64,000 nucleotides of DNA, from positions 29,884,001 through 29,948,000 of the forward strand of contig OZ024749.1 in the NCBI GenBank assembly GCA_964016885.1, in the 5' to 3' direction. Below the pieces are notes generated by a model. The model saw only the letters and a program-made list of their open reading frames with translations, was not told where the DNA came from and did not search any database. Of this stretch, positions 14,008 through 28,078 are shown one piece after another; the first letter of the stretch is position 1; each line of letters begins with the position of its first letter. The position numbers were made by a program, and so were the translations under genes. The stretch is from Eledone cirrhosa. Taxonomy: Eukaryota.

Positions 14008-14285
14008 GGTGTGGCACACGAGTTGTGATATATTAGTAAAAAGGAAAAGAAAATGCTGACAAATTTTTCCCAGTGAAAAATAGTTTAATTAGGAATAAGT
14101 ATAAATTAGTAATAAGTATTAGTTAGTATTCAGTTTTAGTTTTAAGTTTTTACCTGTTGCGCATTTCTTATGCTTTTCAAAAATAATTTTGAGATAGAGT
14201 GCTCGTGATTTTTGCTCTAATCTGATCGGTTTTGGAAATTCTTCCTGGTTTATGTGAAAAAAGTGGCTTGGGAGGTTTTAAGATT
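12920..14285. mobile_element. Nested inverted repeats: outer family E arms (12920-13200 / 14001-14285) around a family A fold-back (13226-13573)
   Basis: Direct reverse-complement matches; family E recurs at 43220-43630 and 63627-63960. Confidence 0.75.
13466..13526 (+). ncRNA. Hammerhead motif, family A
   Basis: TTTTGT-CTGATGA-AGGcATACCA..TGGTATCCTT-GAAA-TATGTA-TA-ATGAAA. Confidence 0.75.
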
Positions 14286-14869
14286 TGGTTGGTTGTTGAA
14301 TGTCCCATGAATAAGCACTATAAACTTTGTGCCAATTCGTGTTGCAAAAATTCTTGTGGTCAAAACAATTTTGATTGGTCGGTAGAAGTCACGTGAATGT
14401 TTAAATTGATTTTAGCACGAACTGGTTTCGCGCCAAATGTAGGTTTGTCGAAGAGTGTCCTTTTCCGCTTACCAACTAGCATCTTCCTCTTTACCTTCTT
14501 TTTCTTAAAAAAATAAAAAATATGGAGTCGATAAAATTGCAACGAATTTTTGTTTTATAAATATTAAGAAACAATTGAAGTGAACTAAGAAGACTAATAT
14601 AATTTAAAAGCATTCAAAACAGAAACTAACGACACATCCTATATGGATGTTGTGCTGGTCTTGTTTATGATTTCAAATAGAAGGTAAAGACACATCTTAT
14701 ATGGTTGTTGTGCTGGTGGAGAAACACTATTCTTTATATTAATTTTTTTTATTTATCATTTATTTCTTAGTAACCCAATTTTAGTTGCACTGTCTACAAC
14801 AGATTATGTTGTAAAAGGATTCTACTACACAGTAAACATTGTATTTCATCTTATTCTATTTTAATTCTT

Positions 14870-15215
14870 TTTCTATATCTAAGAGTCTTCCCCTATCTTA
14901 AAAGCTATTTTCTAGCATCTCCGCGCTTGAGCACGCCACAATTTGTATTATTAAATAGTTTTAGTAGTACTGTCTGCAATATATTACGTGGGTGTATTTA
15001 CCAGGCTAAAATGACTCTACCACACAGTAAAAATGTTTTATTTACTTTTTTTCTCCATCTCTAACGGTCTTCACTCTATTTTAAAACCTATTCTATAGCA
15101 TCTCCGCGCTTGAGCACACCACAATTTGTACTGTTAACCAAATTGAGATGCACTGTCTGCAATATATTACGTGGGTGTATTCACCAGGCTAAAATGACTC
15201 TACCACATACTAAAC
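14870..15215. repeat. ~180-bp diverged tandem duplication
   Basis: TAGCATCTCCGCGCTTGAGCAC..CTGTCTGCAATATATTACGTGGGTG..CCAGGCTAAAATGACTCTACCAC twice. Confidence 0.8.
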
Positions 15216-15510
15216 ATTTTATTTTATTTAATTTACTTGAATTATTTTTTAAAGTCTCAGTGATAAGGTCCACATTTTGGGAGTAATTGAATTATGAAAA
15301 AATAACCTTAATTACTTTAACGATCTTTAGAAATTGTTGTACATAAAGTCAAAAAATATAAATGAAGTGTTCTATTTTCATATTTGATCATATTTATGAG
15401 TGTGTATGTGTGTGTATGTGTGTATATGTGTAATGTGTTAGTGCGTGTATAGGTGTGTGTGTTTATGTGTGTGTGCAAGTCAGTCTCCTTTTCTATTGGT
15501 GTGTACAAGA

Positions 15511-15626
<116 letters not shown>

Positions 15627-15643
15627 AAATATGTATGTATATG

Positions 15644-15703
<60 letters not shown>

Positions 15704-16352
15704 TAGGAAGATAGGTAGATAGATAGACGGGGAGAACGATCATCCAGACATATAGATTTATCATAACTGACGAAAAATAGTCGAGGCGCTGCCCATAAAT
15801 TTCTAAGTGCCCGTTTCACAGGCAATATGTGACCTTAAGTGAAGTGTGTCACTCACACTGCATAAAATGGAGGTGCCTATACATATTCAGCCGTAATGGT
15901 TTCTACCTTCCGAAATATAATAAAACAATATCATATAATTTATATATATATATATATATATATACACGCACACACATATATATATATATATATTATCTTA
16001 TATATATATATATATGTATATATATAAGATAAAATATATATAACATACATGTAATATACTATGTGTAGCCATAATGGTATTGTATTAATCAATACAAGAC
16101 AATGGCTATTGTATTGTTATTCCATATATCATACACCATTCTTTTCTGTTTAGTTCTTTATACGGTTTGAATGTATCGTTGCTGTTGTTCTTGATGTCGT
16201 TGTTATTATCGTTATTGTTGTTGTTGTTGTTGTTGTCATTTTTGTTGTTGCTGGTGATGTGTAAACAGGTCAACACAACATTGATCGAGTTGACCTTTGT
16301 TCAAAATCATTGTAATGTCTTTTTCTCTTATTTGTTTTTGGTAGAGAGTGAA

Positions 16353-16393
<41 letters not shown>

Positions 16394-16461
16394 TATATAT
16401 ATAGTTCAAGCATAGACAGTACAAACATAGAGATGCAAAAAACACAAAGTGCAGTTTCTCT

Positions 16462-16509
<48 letters not shown>

Positions 16510-16670
16510 CATATATATATATATATATGTATGCATCTCTATCTCTCTCTCTCCCCCCTCTCTCTCTGTATATATATACTCTGTAGTAAAAGTTTGGTAA
16601 AAATACCCAAGGATAAAAGCACTCAGTCGACAGGACGAGTTTAGTATAAATAATTACAACAGTGACATTA

Positions 16671-16720
16671 ACAGATACTCAGGTTTCGTTGGGTTCTGGT
16701 CCCCAACTCATTCAGCCTGT
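16671..16720 (-). ncRNA. Hammerhead motif, 8-nt core CUGAAUGA
   Basis: ACAGG-CTGAATGA-GTTGGG-gaccagaa-CCCAAC-GAAA-CCTGAG-TA-TCTGT. Confidence 0.7.
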
Positions 16721-16737
16721 CATAATATATATATATA

Positions 16738-17127
16738 TTATGAAAATAAACCAAAGAAGCCTTCAAATACATCAAAAGTCTTTATTAGCCAACAATGTTT
16801 CGTCCTATTAAGGACTCATCAGGGTAATTAAAGCTATAAGAAGCACTATCAGCCAATACAAGCCGAAAACTCAGAAGAATATGGAGTGTACATAGATTAA
16901 ATCATAGGAAAATAATCGGGTAAAAATTATCAATGGTAATTTTTACCCGATTATTTTCCTATGATTTAATCTATGTACACTCCATATTCTTCTGAGTTTT
17001 CGGCTTGTATTGGCTGATAGTGCTTCTTATAGCTTTAATTACCCTGATGAGTCCTTAATAGGACGAAACATTGTTGGCTAATAAAGACTTTTGATGTATT
17101 GAAGGCTTCTTTGGTTTATTTTCATAA
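16738..17127. mobile_element. ~190-bp-arm near-perfect palindrome carrying two outward-facing hammerheads
   Basis: CC-CTGATGA-GTCC-ttaata-GGAC-GAAA-CATTG-TT-GG at 17042-17077 (+) and 16789-16824 (-); centre ~16932. Confidence 0.85.
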
Positions 17128-17225
17128 TTCTTCGGCTCTGTTTAATTACATTGAGCTATACCTTTACTGCCATTTCTATAATACGAAGAGGGTGTTTAAC
17201 TCCAACACACTCTAGTATTTCAATT

Positions 17226-17259
<34 letters not shown>

Positions 17260-17264
17260 TATAT

Positions 17265-17325
17265 ATTAAAGTTTCAGAAGATCCCGTTAAGAGTGAAAGC
17301 AGCGATTCTTTGATTAAACTTTAAT
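17265..17325 (+). ncRNA. Hammerhead motif, family D (core CAGAAGA), mutated copy
   Basis: AGTTT-CAGAAGA-TCCC-gttaa-GAGT-GAAA-GCA..TGA-TT-AAACT. Confidence 0.55.
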
Positions 17326-17699
17326 CTGTTATTTCAATATATATATATATATATATATACATACGAGTGAAACAAATAGATTTACGAAATCACGCTACCA
17401 CAAGATCCTTTGTGCACCTGTCTCATTGTAACACTGTGCCACACACCATCTTATTAATTAGTAACTGAAATGAATTCCAGAAACAGATTATAGTGAACAG
17501 ATTTAGTAGTGTTTTGGCAATACTCGAACCAATCAATTAGGGTTATCGATAACATTAACACAACTGATATCAATCAATTATACAATCAAATCAATCAATA
17601 AAAAGAATCTATAATATTTGAATTGCAATTGATTATACGTTTTCGCTCGTCTAATATAATTTTATGGCCATGCAAAGTAAATATCATTCGTATGTAATC

Positions 17700-17766
17700 G
17701 ATTCTGATGAATTTATTACAACAGGAATGGAATATTCTAGTTAGTCTAACGAAACGGTTGTAAATC
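17700..17766 (+). ncRNA. Hammerhead motif
   Basis: GATT-CTGATGA-(irregular helix II)-GAAA-CGGTTG-TA-AATC. Confidence 0.55.
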
Positions 17767-17809
17767 AATTAAATGATTTAATTGAGCTCCTTGTTAATCT
17801 TTATTCATT

Positions 17810-17858
<49 letters not shown>

Positions 17859-18134
17859 ATCTTTATTCTATGTTTCCCTGACGAGTCTCATGTGGTTTAA
17901 TCATCATTGGCAGTTTGTCTTTGATGATCGATTATATTGATTAATTTTTTCGATGACCGATTACATAAATTGATGTTTTTCGATGGATTGCTTAGATTGA
18001 TTTTTAGCCACACCATCCGGGTATGAAATAGCGTTATGAAGTTTCACATACGCTTCCATCCGTGTACATATTCCTCTATAGAATATGTATTTGGTATATA
18101 TACAATATAACATGTTTCTTTTACGATAATGACT

Positions 18135-18201
<67 letters not shown>

Positions 18202-18361
18202 AATACAGTAACTTGTTAAGTGCTCTAAATCAGTTATAAACATTTATATTTGTCGGACTTCCAACAAATTAAATACCCCTTCTACTTATAAATAGCTCCT
18301 TTAATGTTGAGCACTTTAAATTATAACTGATTGCTAAATCATGGAATTCTTTAGCATTTCT

Positions 18362-18461
<100 letters not shown>

Positions 18462-18563
18462 TTTCAGTTGGTTATTATGGATCTAGATAAAGTCTATTGA
18501 GCTTACTTATTTAGAGACGCAAAATTCTAAACATATTTGATTTGGTTTGATTCTTCATTTGTT

Positions 18564-18624
<61 letters not shown>

Positions 18625-19206
18625 AGGGAGTGTAAGGTGAGTTATTGTAGGTTCACCAAGGTGAGCACTCAATGTTTGGATTCACGTCTATAGCGAGGTG
18701 TAGAGCGAGACACAGTGTAAATATAATAAAAATGACGGCTAATTGTAGTACTCTATACATAAAAAGGTACAAAACCCAGCTTTTAGTTTAATAATTCTTT
18801 TGATACAAACTTTTTGTGGAAAAGCTATCCGCAACTAACATAGGAAACCAAGATAATATCTTGGTGTGTATATGTATATATTTATATGTATGAGTATGTA
18901 AAATAAACACAGAAACACATACATACACTCGGACGAGTATAAATATGTTCACACAAACATACATACACAATATACACAGTATACATATATTCACACAAAC
19001 ACACATATGCTCTCATAAATATAAATATATTCACACAAACACACATACACTTACACACACAATATACATATATTCTCACAAACATACATACACTCACATA
19101 CACACTATACATATAATCACACAAACACATATGTTCTCACAAGTATAATTATATTCACACAAACACACACATTCTCACACACATACACTCACACAGGCAC
19201 TCACAA

Positions 19207-20151
19207 TAATAATTGTTTCTACTTTTGGCACAAGGCCAGCAATTATCCAGTGTATTACTGGTACTTTATTTTATCGACCCCGTAAGGATGAAAGGCAAAG
19301 TCAACCTCGGCGGGATTTGAACTCAGAATTGCAAGGGCCGTAACTCTATGCGTCAAACATGGCGTCCAACCCTCGACCGATACTGCCAATCCAAGTAATA
19401 ATTGTTTCTACATTTGGCACAAGGCCAGCAATTACTCAGTGTATTACTGGTACTTTATTTTATCGACCCCGCAAGGATGAAAGACAAAGTTGACCTCGGC
19501 GGGATTTGAAGTCAGTCTGTAAAGGGACGTAACTATGCCGATACTACCAATTCACCAATGGTTTCTGATTTAGGCACGAGGCCAACAATTTTTGGAGAGG
19601 GGAAAGTCGAATAAATTGACCCGAGTGTATTACTGGTACTTTGTTTTATCGACCTCGTAAGGTTGAAAGGTAAAGCTAACCTCGGTAATAATTGTTTCTA
19701 CTTTTGGCACAAGGCCAGCAATTAGCCCAGTGCATTACTGGTACTTTATTTTATCGACCCCGTAAGGATGAAAGGCAAAGTCAACCTCGGCGGTATTTGA
19801 ACTCAGTCCGTAAAGGGACGTAACTGTATGCTGTAAAGCATGGCGTCCGACCCTCTACCGATACTGACACAAGTGTGATGCTTCTTAGAACGCTCGTCGT
19901 TGTTTTCTATAGTTTGTCCCCTCTCCATTCCTTTCTCAGTCATCTCCCTTTCAGTGCGTGACGGACAAACACATATATAAATAAATACATATGTACGCAT
20001 TCACTATCATTATAGTTGATTAGTATATTTTAGAAGTATTAGTATAATTGTTTCTTCTTTAGGCACAATGCCAGCAATTACCCAGTGCATTACTAGTACT
20101 TTATTTTATCGACCCCGTAAGGATGAAAGGCAAAGTCAACCTCGGCGGGAT
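19207..20151 (-). mobile_element. Array of ~5 tRNA-derived SINE copies
   Basis: Core repeated at ~19207, 19396, 19560, 19686, 20045. Confidence 0.85.
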
Positions 20152-20607
20152 TAGTATTAGTATAATATCGTGTTTGACCAATTATCCTGAATAATAAAAT
20201 TATATCTATGTGATATTACAAACAGGAAATTTCTCCGTTGGATCATCCTCTCATTATAGAAAAAGAAATGACAAAATCGATATTGAAATTGATCAATATC
20301 GAAATTAATCAGATTCCTGTTTGTTGTGATAAGTTAGTTCAGACATTTGCCCTACAGGTGAAACAAAGTTTCCTGCAACCTGGACTGTCTCCAAATTTTA
20401 GCTATTATACAAGGTGCCCGTATCTGGAAGGGAAATGTGAAACTAATGCATCATATCCACGTGAAGCTCAAACACTTTACAACGAACTTTGTATTACAAA
20501 TGCTGGAAATCACATTGAAGTTGTTATTTATTAATGATTTCATTATATAAAATGTTGAACTTTTTTGTGTCGGTAATCTATACATTGGTAGATTATATGC
20601 ATCTTTA

Positions 20608-20694
<87 letters not shown>

Positions 20695-21100
20695 TATATA
20701 TTGTAAACATATTGATGTAATATATATATATATCATACTTGTGTGTGTATATATTTCAATCCGTAATACCTGAGTCTGGATGTACGTTAACTCTATTATC
20801 TTACAATTTCTTTTTCAACATATATTATATACGTATTTGTGGTCACACATACACTGATATGCTTGTCCACATATATGTACTTACGCACACATTTTTCACT
20901 ATACACATGCATTTGTACACACACACACATATGTACATTTGTAGGTGCATATACACACATTTATACACATACCGTAACTATATTTCCTTATTTTATTTTC
21001 ATATATCTCTTGCATTACTTTTACTTATATATTTTTTTTGCCCATTAAAATTTTGCCTTTCTTGAGGAGATTTTTCAAATATTTCACTATGTTTTAAATT

Positions 21101-21170
21101 GCCTTGTCTGACGAACGAATGAGGACGTTTCTTGTATTCGTCTTATTCGGGAAACCTCTGGTAATGAGGT
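21101..21170 (+). ncRNA. Type I hammerhead ribozyme
   Basis: CCTTGT-CTGACGA-aCGAATGAGGACG..CGTCTTATTCGg-GAAA-CC-tct-GG-TA-ATGAGG. Confidence 0.8.
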
Positions 21171-21225
21171 AATTATATTGTATTGTTTAGCTCTGGTACT
21201 TACATAGAGCACTCTTCACTCTTAC

Positions 21226-21283
<58 letters not shown>

Positions 21284-21480
21284 CTATACATATATATATT
21301 ATATATATATGAAAAGTGTCCGTTCGTATCTAGCTGTCGAAACGGCCGGAGCTCAACTGTCGAGGACCTGACTCTTTTCCTATTACCCACACTACTACCC
21401 TAAGTATCGAGTACTCTGGTGTGTTATGGCGACCTGGTATCTTACCACACATTCTCTGTTGTTTGCTTTTTATACACACG

Positions 21481-21513
<33 letters not shown>

Positions 21514-22347
21514 GGTGGCTGCCAACTCGTTTTCGAGTACGGCCACTACTTTATATCCATGTAGGAGAACTCCTACCGATACACTGAATGAGTGTGGCTT
21601 TTTAGTCCAGTCAGCGACTTGAAAACTCTGGTACAAACACTACACCTGTGACAATTATTGACACACAGTGCTGGGCCCATGGTACCATGTGACGACAAGT
21701 GCAGAGAGATCTCCAGATATAAAGCAATGCCTGTGCCGTGAAGCTTTTATAGTGAGCAAAGGCTCTGCACAAAGCCAGTCCCACTCTTTTAACCAAGATG
21801 ATATTTACCAAAAAGAAGAACAAGTCAACATCATTGGATACCATCAGGGTTGCAGGTGTTATATCAGAGTTTTCCTTCTCCTAGAATTCTGCCTTGACAA
21901 AGGCTAAGGGGTCATATATATGTACACACGCACATGTATATGCATATATATATATTTATATATATATCTTAATATTTATACTCTGCTTTGTATTGAGTAC
22001 CTTACTTACTGTGGTTACTCCGATTGAACCCGGGATAAACTTATATATATATATATATATATATAGGAAAATGTTTAACCCCTACGGCAGAGCTCAAGCC
22101 GTTTTGATAGCTATTTCTGGACTAAATTAGTCCAGAAATAGCCGTCGAAACGGCTTGAGCTCTGCCGTTGGGGTTAAACAGTTTCCTATTACCCACTCTA
22201 CTATCCGAAGTATTGAGTACTCTAGAGCGTTATGGTCCATCTGGTTCCTCACCACACCTCCTTCGTTATATATATATAACGAAGAAATTATTGAAGAAAT
22301 AGAATTATTTAAGAAATAGAAGCACATAAATAGCGACAACATATTTA

Positions 22348-22449
22348 TCGAAGTTGACTTTGCCTTTCATCCTTACGGGGTCGATAAAATAAAGTACCAG
22401 TAATGCACTGGGTAATTGCTGGCCTTGTGCCAAAAATAGAAACAATTAT
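22348..22449 (+). mobile_element. SINE 3' part
   Basis: Same Meta-like core. Confidence 0.8.
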
Positions 22450-23018
22450 TTATGTATATTTAATATAATTACATAATCCGAAACCTGGACATCAGTTTCG
22501 GCATATGTTACTTCGTCAGTGAAAATCATTGGTTTGTTTAAAAGAAAAAAAATCTACCATATTTGACATTATAGTTGCATTATCTTGTTCCAGAAGAAAG
22601 GAGTTAAATTAATATAACCAAAGAGTTGTAAAAGTCAAAGATTTATATACGGTATAAATCGAGAATGAAAATGGTAAATATACGTATTTATTTCCCAAAG
22701 GCAGGAGTCGGAATTTCTTCAAAGATTCCGATATTGGATTAGTTTCCTCATAACGGACATTCTTCTTCTTCTTCTTCTTCTTCTTCTTCTTCTTCTTCTT
22801 CTTCTTCTTCTTCTTCTTCTTCTTCTTCTTCTTCTCTGTGTTTGTGGACTGGAAGGAGACGAGGTTTCATACTCAGCTGCTCTCTGATCTCTCTCTATCA
22901 CATATACAAATAGACAACCCCCCCCCCCACATACACGCACACACACACACACACATACACATACATATATATACATAGATAGATGATTATTTTTAAACCT
23001 ACCCACGTATATGCATAT

Positions 23019-23069
<51 letters not shown>

Positions 23070-23071
<2 letters not shown>

Positions 23072-23246
23072 GGAACAAGTATGACCCCGACGGCAGAGCT
23101 CAAGCCGTCCAGAATTAGCCGTCGAAACGGCTTGAGCTCTGCCGTCGGGGTCCTACTCGTTCCTATTACCCACTCTACTACCCTAAGTATTGAGTACTTT
23201 GGTGCGTTATGGTCCAGCTGGTTCCTTACCACATTTCCTTCGTTAT
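23070..23246 (+). mobile_element. Family C fold-back PLE terminus (3' half HHR)
   Basis: GACCCCGACGGCAGAGCTCAAGCCGT..GAAACGGCTTGAGCTCTGCCGTCGGGGTC. Confidence 0.65.
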
Positions 23247-23343
23247 ATATATATAGAGAATTGTGTGTTTCTGTTTGTGTTTGTGTCTGTGCGCGCGTTC
23301 GTGTGTACGCGCATATGTTTGTTTGTCTGTGTGTCCGTATGTT

Positions 23344-23374
<31 letters not shown>

Positions 23375-23822
23375 ATTTGTTTCAAGGCGAGTGTTTACTC
23401 GAGATAGTTAAATATCAAGTTGTGTTAGACTAAACACAGTTAAAGTAAGATTTAATAAATATTCACCGTTATTTTCTGCTTGTGTCAAATAAACGTTGTA
23501 TCTGTAAAACAATTATCGCCTGCTTCTGGTTGTAGAATTCAGTTATGGCGGATGACACAGAGAGAGAACGTTAAAATGTGAGAGAACCTTAAACTGTGAA
23601 CTAAAACGAGAATAGACTAGGAGATAAATCAATGAAGACAAATCTGTAAGAGGACTGATTTATGTTGGCTAGATGTGGTTACTTAATTAGACTGGTTTGA
23701 AAACTGAATCAATGTATATCCTGCTTAGGTGGATAGAGAGAAAGAGCTGCGTTCTTAAATATATCTATATACAAATCTTTTGAAACAGAAAAATACAAAA
23801 CAAAACAAAACAGAAACTACAA

Positions 23823-24603
23823 TCTATATATATAAAACTGTGGTTGTCTGTCTGTCTATCGATTTTTGGCACACATCTCCTCTTAGAATCTCTCACGGAA
23901 TTGCACCGAAATTGCTATACTTGTACATTGAGCCCTAGCGAAGACATCGGAAAAAAAATAATTTCAAATTGACCCACCCTATGTGACGAAATCGAATATA
24001 ATGTATCGATTTTTGAGCGTAAGTTATCAGTTATTTCCCTTTGTTCTGTTTACATTGAGCGTCTTACGTAAAAAATTACGCTGGCTTTCTCAGCGTTTAA
24101 AATGACATTAACACAATACACGAACAGATCAGTTCGAACACTAAGCTTCCGTTTTGCTTCATTTCCATTTAAAAGCATTTTAAAACAATATTTTTACTTG
24201 AAAACAAGTCTATTTAAAGACTACGTAAAACAAGCAAATATTTCAGGCGTGCAGACAGACAGTCGTGCAGAGAGGTGATATAGGCGTGCAGACAGACATA
24301 ACTGATAATTTGGTTACGCTAATGTTTTTCTCTGCGTTGCAGTGTTTACATTTTCGATCTTTGTTAATAAATAACTAGTGCAGTTTTTATCCCCAGCATC
24401 CTCTTTTGTTATAACATTCGGGTTATCGTTATGTTTTCTTAACTTCATAAGGCATATTGTTGGTTGAGGGAATATTAATCAAAAACACCACATGCAAGTC
24501 TGCACAGTAGACACTACAGTTTTTAAGCCAAAAAAGAAACTTAACATTGTAACTTTAACACAGCTACTGAGCGACCCCGAGCAACGCCGGGTTTTACTGC
24601 TAG
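23823..24603 (+). mobile_element. Non-autonomous Helitron
   Basis: 5' A|TCTATATATATAAAA; 3' hairpin CCCGAGCAACGCCGGG then CTAG|T; no TSD. Confidence 0.8.
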
Positions 24604-24919
24604 TGGTTGATAAATCTAAAAGCCGAATTTAACATTAACATGTAGTGTTTGGAAATGTTTATGTCTAGGTAAACTTACCAGCGTGGTAATGACACGCTAT
24701 AATTTTCTGAGCTGATATATAAATTTATGTATATATAAATTTATGTATATATTATATAAGATTATGTATGTATTAAATTATGTAGAAAATATAAAGAAAA
24801 AATACGATGTAATATATAATTGGAATGCATGTGTAGTCTGGAAATATGACCAGGTATATGAGTACTTACTAATGTCTTTCTCAAAAACGTTTTACTTCGC
24901 AGTGTATTTTAGAACAGGT

Positions 24920-25490
24920 GAAGGCTTTGTGGTCAGGGTATTCGGCTCACAATCGTAAAGTCGTGAGTTCGATTCTTGGCGGCGCGTGAGTCATTGAGCA
25001 AGATATTTTATTTAACTTTCCTCCAGTCCACTTAGTTGGCAGAAATGAGTTGTACTTGTAATTCGAAGGGCAGCCTTGTCACATTCTATATTACGCCGAA
25101 TCTCCATGAGAACTACGTTAAGGATACACGTGTCTGTGGAATGCTCAGCCACTTGCACTATAACTCATGATGGACTGTAATTGTAATTCGAAGGGCCAGC
25201 CCTGTCACGTTCCATGTCACGCTGAATCTCCCCGAGAACTACATTGTGGGTACACGTGTCTGTGGAATGTTCAGCCACTTGTACAATAACACATGATGGA
25301 AATGTAATTGTAATTCGAAGGGCCAGCCTTGTCACGTTCTGTGTGACGTTGAATCTTCTGAGAACTACGTTAAGCGTACACGTGTCTGTGGAATGTTCAG
25401 CCACGTGCACATTAATTTCAAGAGCAGGCAGTTCCGTTGATCGGATCAATTGGAACAATCGTCGTCGTAACCGACGGAGTGCCAATAAAG
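24920..25490 (+). mobile_element. tRNA-derived CORE-like SINE with internal ~122-bp triplication
   Basis: GAGTTCGATTC B box, TTGAGCAAGA..CTCCAGTCCAC core; TGTAATTCGAAGGGCCAGCC unit x3. Confidence 0.7.
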
Positions 25491-26377
25491 TAAACATTTT
25501 AGAACAAGTGGAAATATTTTGGTGCATCGTGTCCCTAAATTTGAATATTTCTTCAAAAGAAGTATTAATACACGTTGATGTCTAATATAAGCACAAGGAC
25601 AGCAAATTAGGGGGAAAGGGGAGGAGAGGAAAGTTGATTTAAGCTACCCCAGTATATCACTAGTATTTATTTTATCGTTCTCGGAAGTATGAAAGGCACA
25701 GTTGACCTTAGCGGGATTTGAACTCAGACTGTATAGAGTTAGACAGAACAAATATCGCCATGGCATTCTGATGCTCTGTCAATTCTGCTAGCACTCTCCA
25801 CCCTGAGGTATATATGTATATTTTGTGTATGCATGACCCCGTAACTTTTAAGCTAGTCGTTGGGGCGCCATATTGACACAAGGTGTTTCTTGGGCATTTC
25901 TAAACCTGGCAGAGAGTCTATTTCTCCTCTCTCGGTCTGAATACAGCAGATTTCCTCCAGAGAAGGAAATAAGAGAGTGAACAAATGGAAGCCAGAGAAG
26001 TTAGAAAGAGATATAGAAGAAGAATCGACCACAATATTAGAGTAGTACTTCTTGTATCGGCCTGAAATTGATGAAAAGAAAAGTTGATTTCGGCGGGATT
26101 TGACCTGAGAAAGCAGAGAGCAGAGAACACAAACGAATACTATAAAGCATTCTATCCGACGTGCCAACGCCTCTGCCAATTCACCGCCCATTTATAGGTA
26201 TTAGTATAACATAAATTGGAAATATAGACAATTAATTATAAGGAAAAACAAATATTACTTGCACTTTACTCCTTTCTTTAGTCAATAAATGGAATAAAGA
26301 TATCAATACTAATCACACGATTGGTGTTATTTTGGCGATGTTTCAATCTTACTTTGCAAGTATTTTTTTAAATTTTC

Positions 26378-26404
<27 letters not shown>

Positions 26405-26415
<11 letters not shown>

Positions 26416-26685
26416 AGAACAAAAGATGGTTAAAGGAGTTCCATGTATTTTATTATGCGCATTTCAAAAACAAATATCATCATGCAATAATATTTGTGTT
26501 TTCATCAGATAAAACAGGAGGACATGATATGATGGCTAAAATACACTTGTGGATAGTTCAGTTTTAAATCAACATATGTTTTATCTGATGAAAGCACAAA
26601 TATTATTGCATGATGATATTTGTTTTTGAAATGCGCATAATAAAATACATGGAACTCCTTTAACCATCTTTTGTTCTTATATATT
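26405..26685. mobile_element. Fold-back with two complete outward-facing hammerheads
   Basis: TTTTAT-CTGATGA-(long helix II ACAAATATTAT/ATGATATTTGT)-GAAA-TGCGCA-TA-ATAAAA at 26579-26645 (+); mirror 26447-26514 (-). Confidence 0.85.
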
Positions 26686-26773
26686 ATGTATACTCCAGTC
26701 CTACAAACTGTAGAGTGCTTCTTATCCGATATCTGCATTGCTTTATTGTACTACAATAAAACTCACCTCCTAC

Positions 26774-26852
<79 letters not shown>

Positions 26853-27438
26853 CTTTAGTAGGAAATTCAGTTTGGACCTTTCACACTATGAAGTAGAATC
26901 TTACACTTCCGCGCCGCACCTAATAACAGCTCGCGGCTCACAAGTTGTGCCATGGCGCACATTTTGGGAACCACTCTAGATTCTCCATGATCGTTTCATC
27001 TGGTAGAAATAAATAGCAATCTAACGTCTCTAAATTCATATCCAACTATACTATGATACATAGAAGAAAGACACATTAGATAACGTGTCAACATCAACAG
27101 CACCAACATTGATTAGGAAGATGATAAATGTATATGCATATATGATGGCTGCAAACTCTGCTAAGAGCATTGCAATCGCTTGTCAGATTACAGAAGCCTG
27201 TAACAAAACCTGAACAAGCAATGCCTGTGGTTTGAAGGTTTTTTAAATGGGGAAAGGGCTTGCTCCCAACCAATCCCACTCTCTGAGCATCGAAAACATT
27301 ACCCGAAAAGGAGAACTGGTCAACATCATCGGATGCTTCCGAAGCCACAGGTTTTTTTTTTTTCAGAGCTTCCCTCTCTTTATTCATATAATTATCTTCT
27401 CAGATAATTATATGAATAACTTAGAATTATAAAAGCTA

Positions 27439-27522
<84 letters not shown>

Positions 27523-27598
27523 GTATATATATATTCGTGACTTTGACGAATCAAAGAAGAAGAGATCTTTTAAGTATATTTTCGTCCTATTTCCCATT

Positions 27599-27777
<179 letters not shown>

Positions 27778-28024
27778 TATTGTTCCTCCGAGCATCGGTG
27801 TATATAAAAGGAAAGACTATCGTTAATGAGGTTTGTAATGAGGTTTGTAATATATATATATATGCAAACATATCTTTATTAAACGCCTTTCCCCATTACA
27901 AACCTCATTAACGATAGTCTTTCCTTCTATATACACCGATGCTCGGAGGAAAAAATATCGCAAATATACGAACCAGGCGTTTCTTAATGTTTTCTACACA
28001 CACACACACACACACGCACACGCG

Positions 28025-28058
<34 letters not shown>

Positions 28059-28078
28059 AGTTATTCCGGGTTAAATCG

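Noticed and set aside
22485-22525. Minus-strand CTGACGA..GAAA motif
   Set aside because: Core present but helix I cannot be paired.
26905-26980. hAT-like terminus (TTTGGGAACCACT)
   Set aside because: Only one end visible; no matching TIR or TSD.
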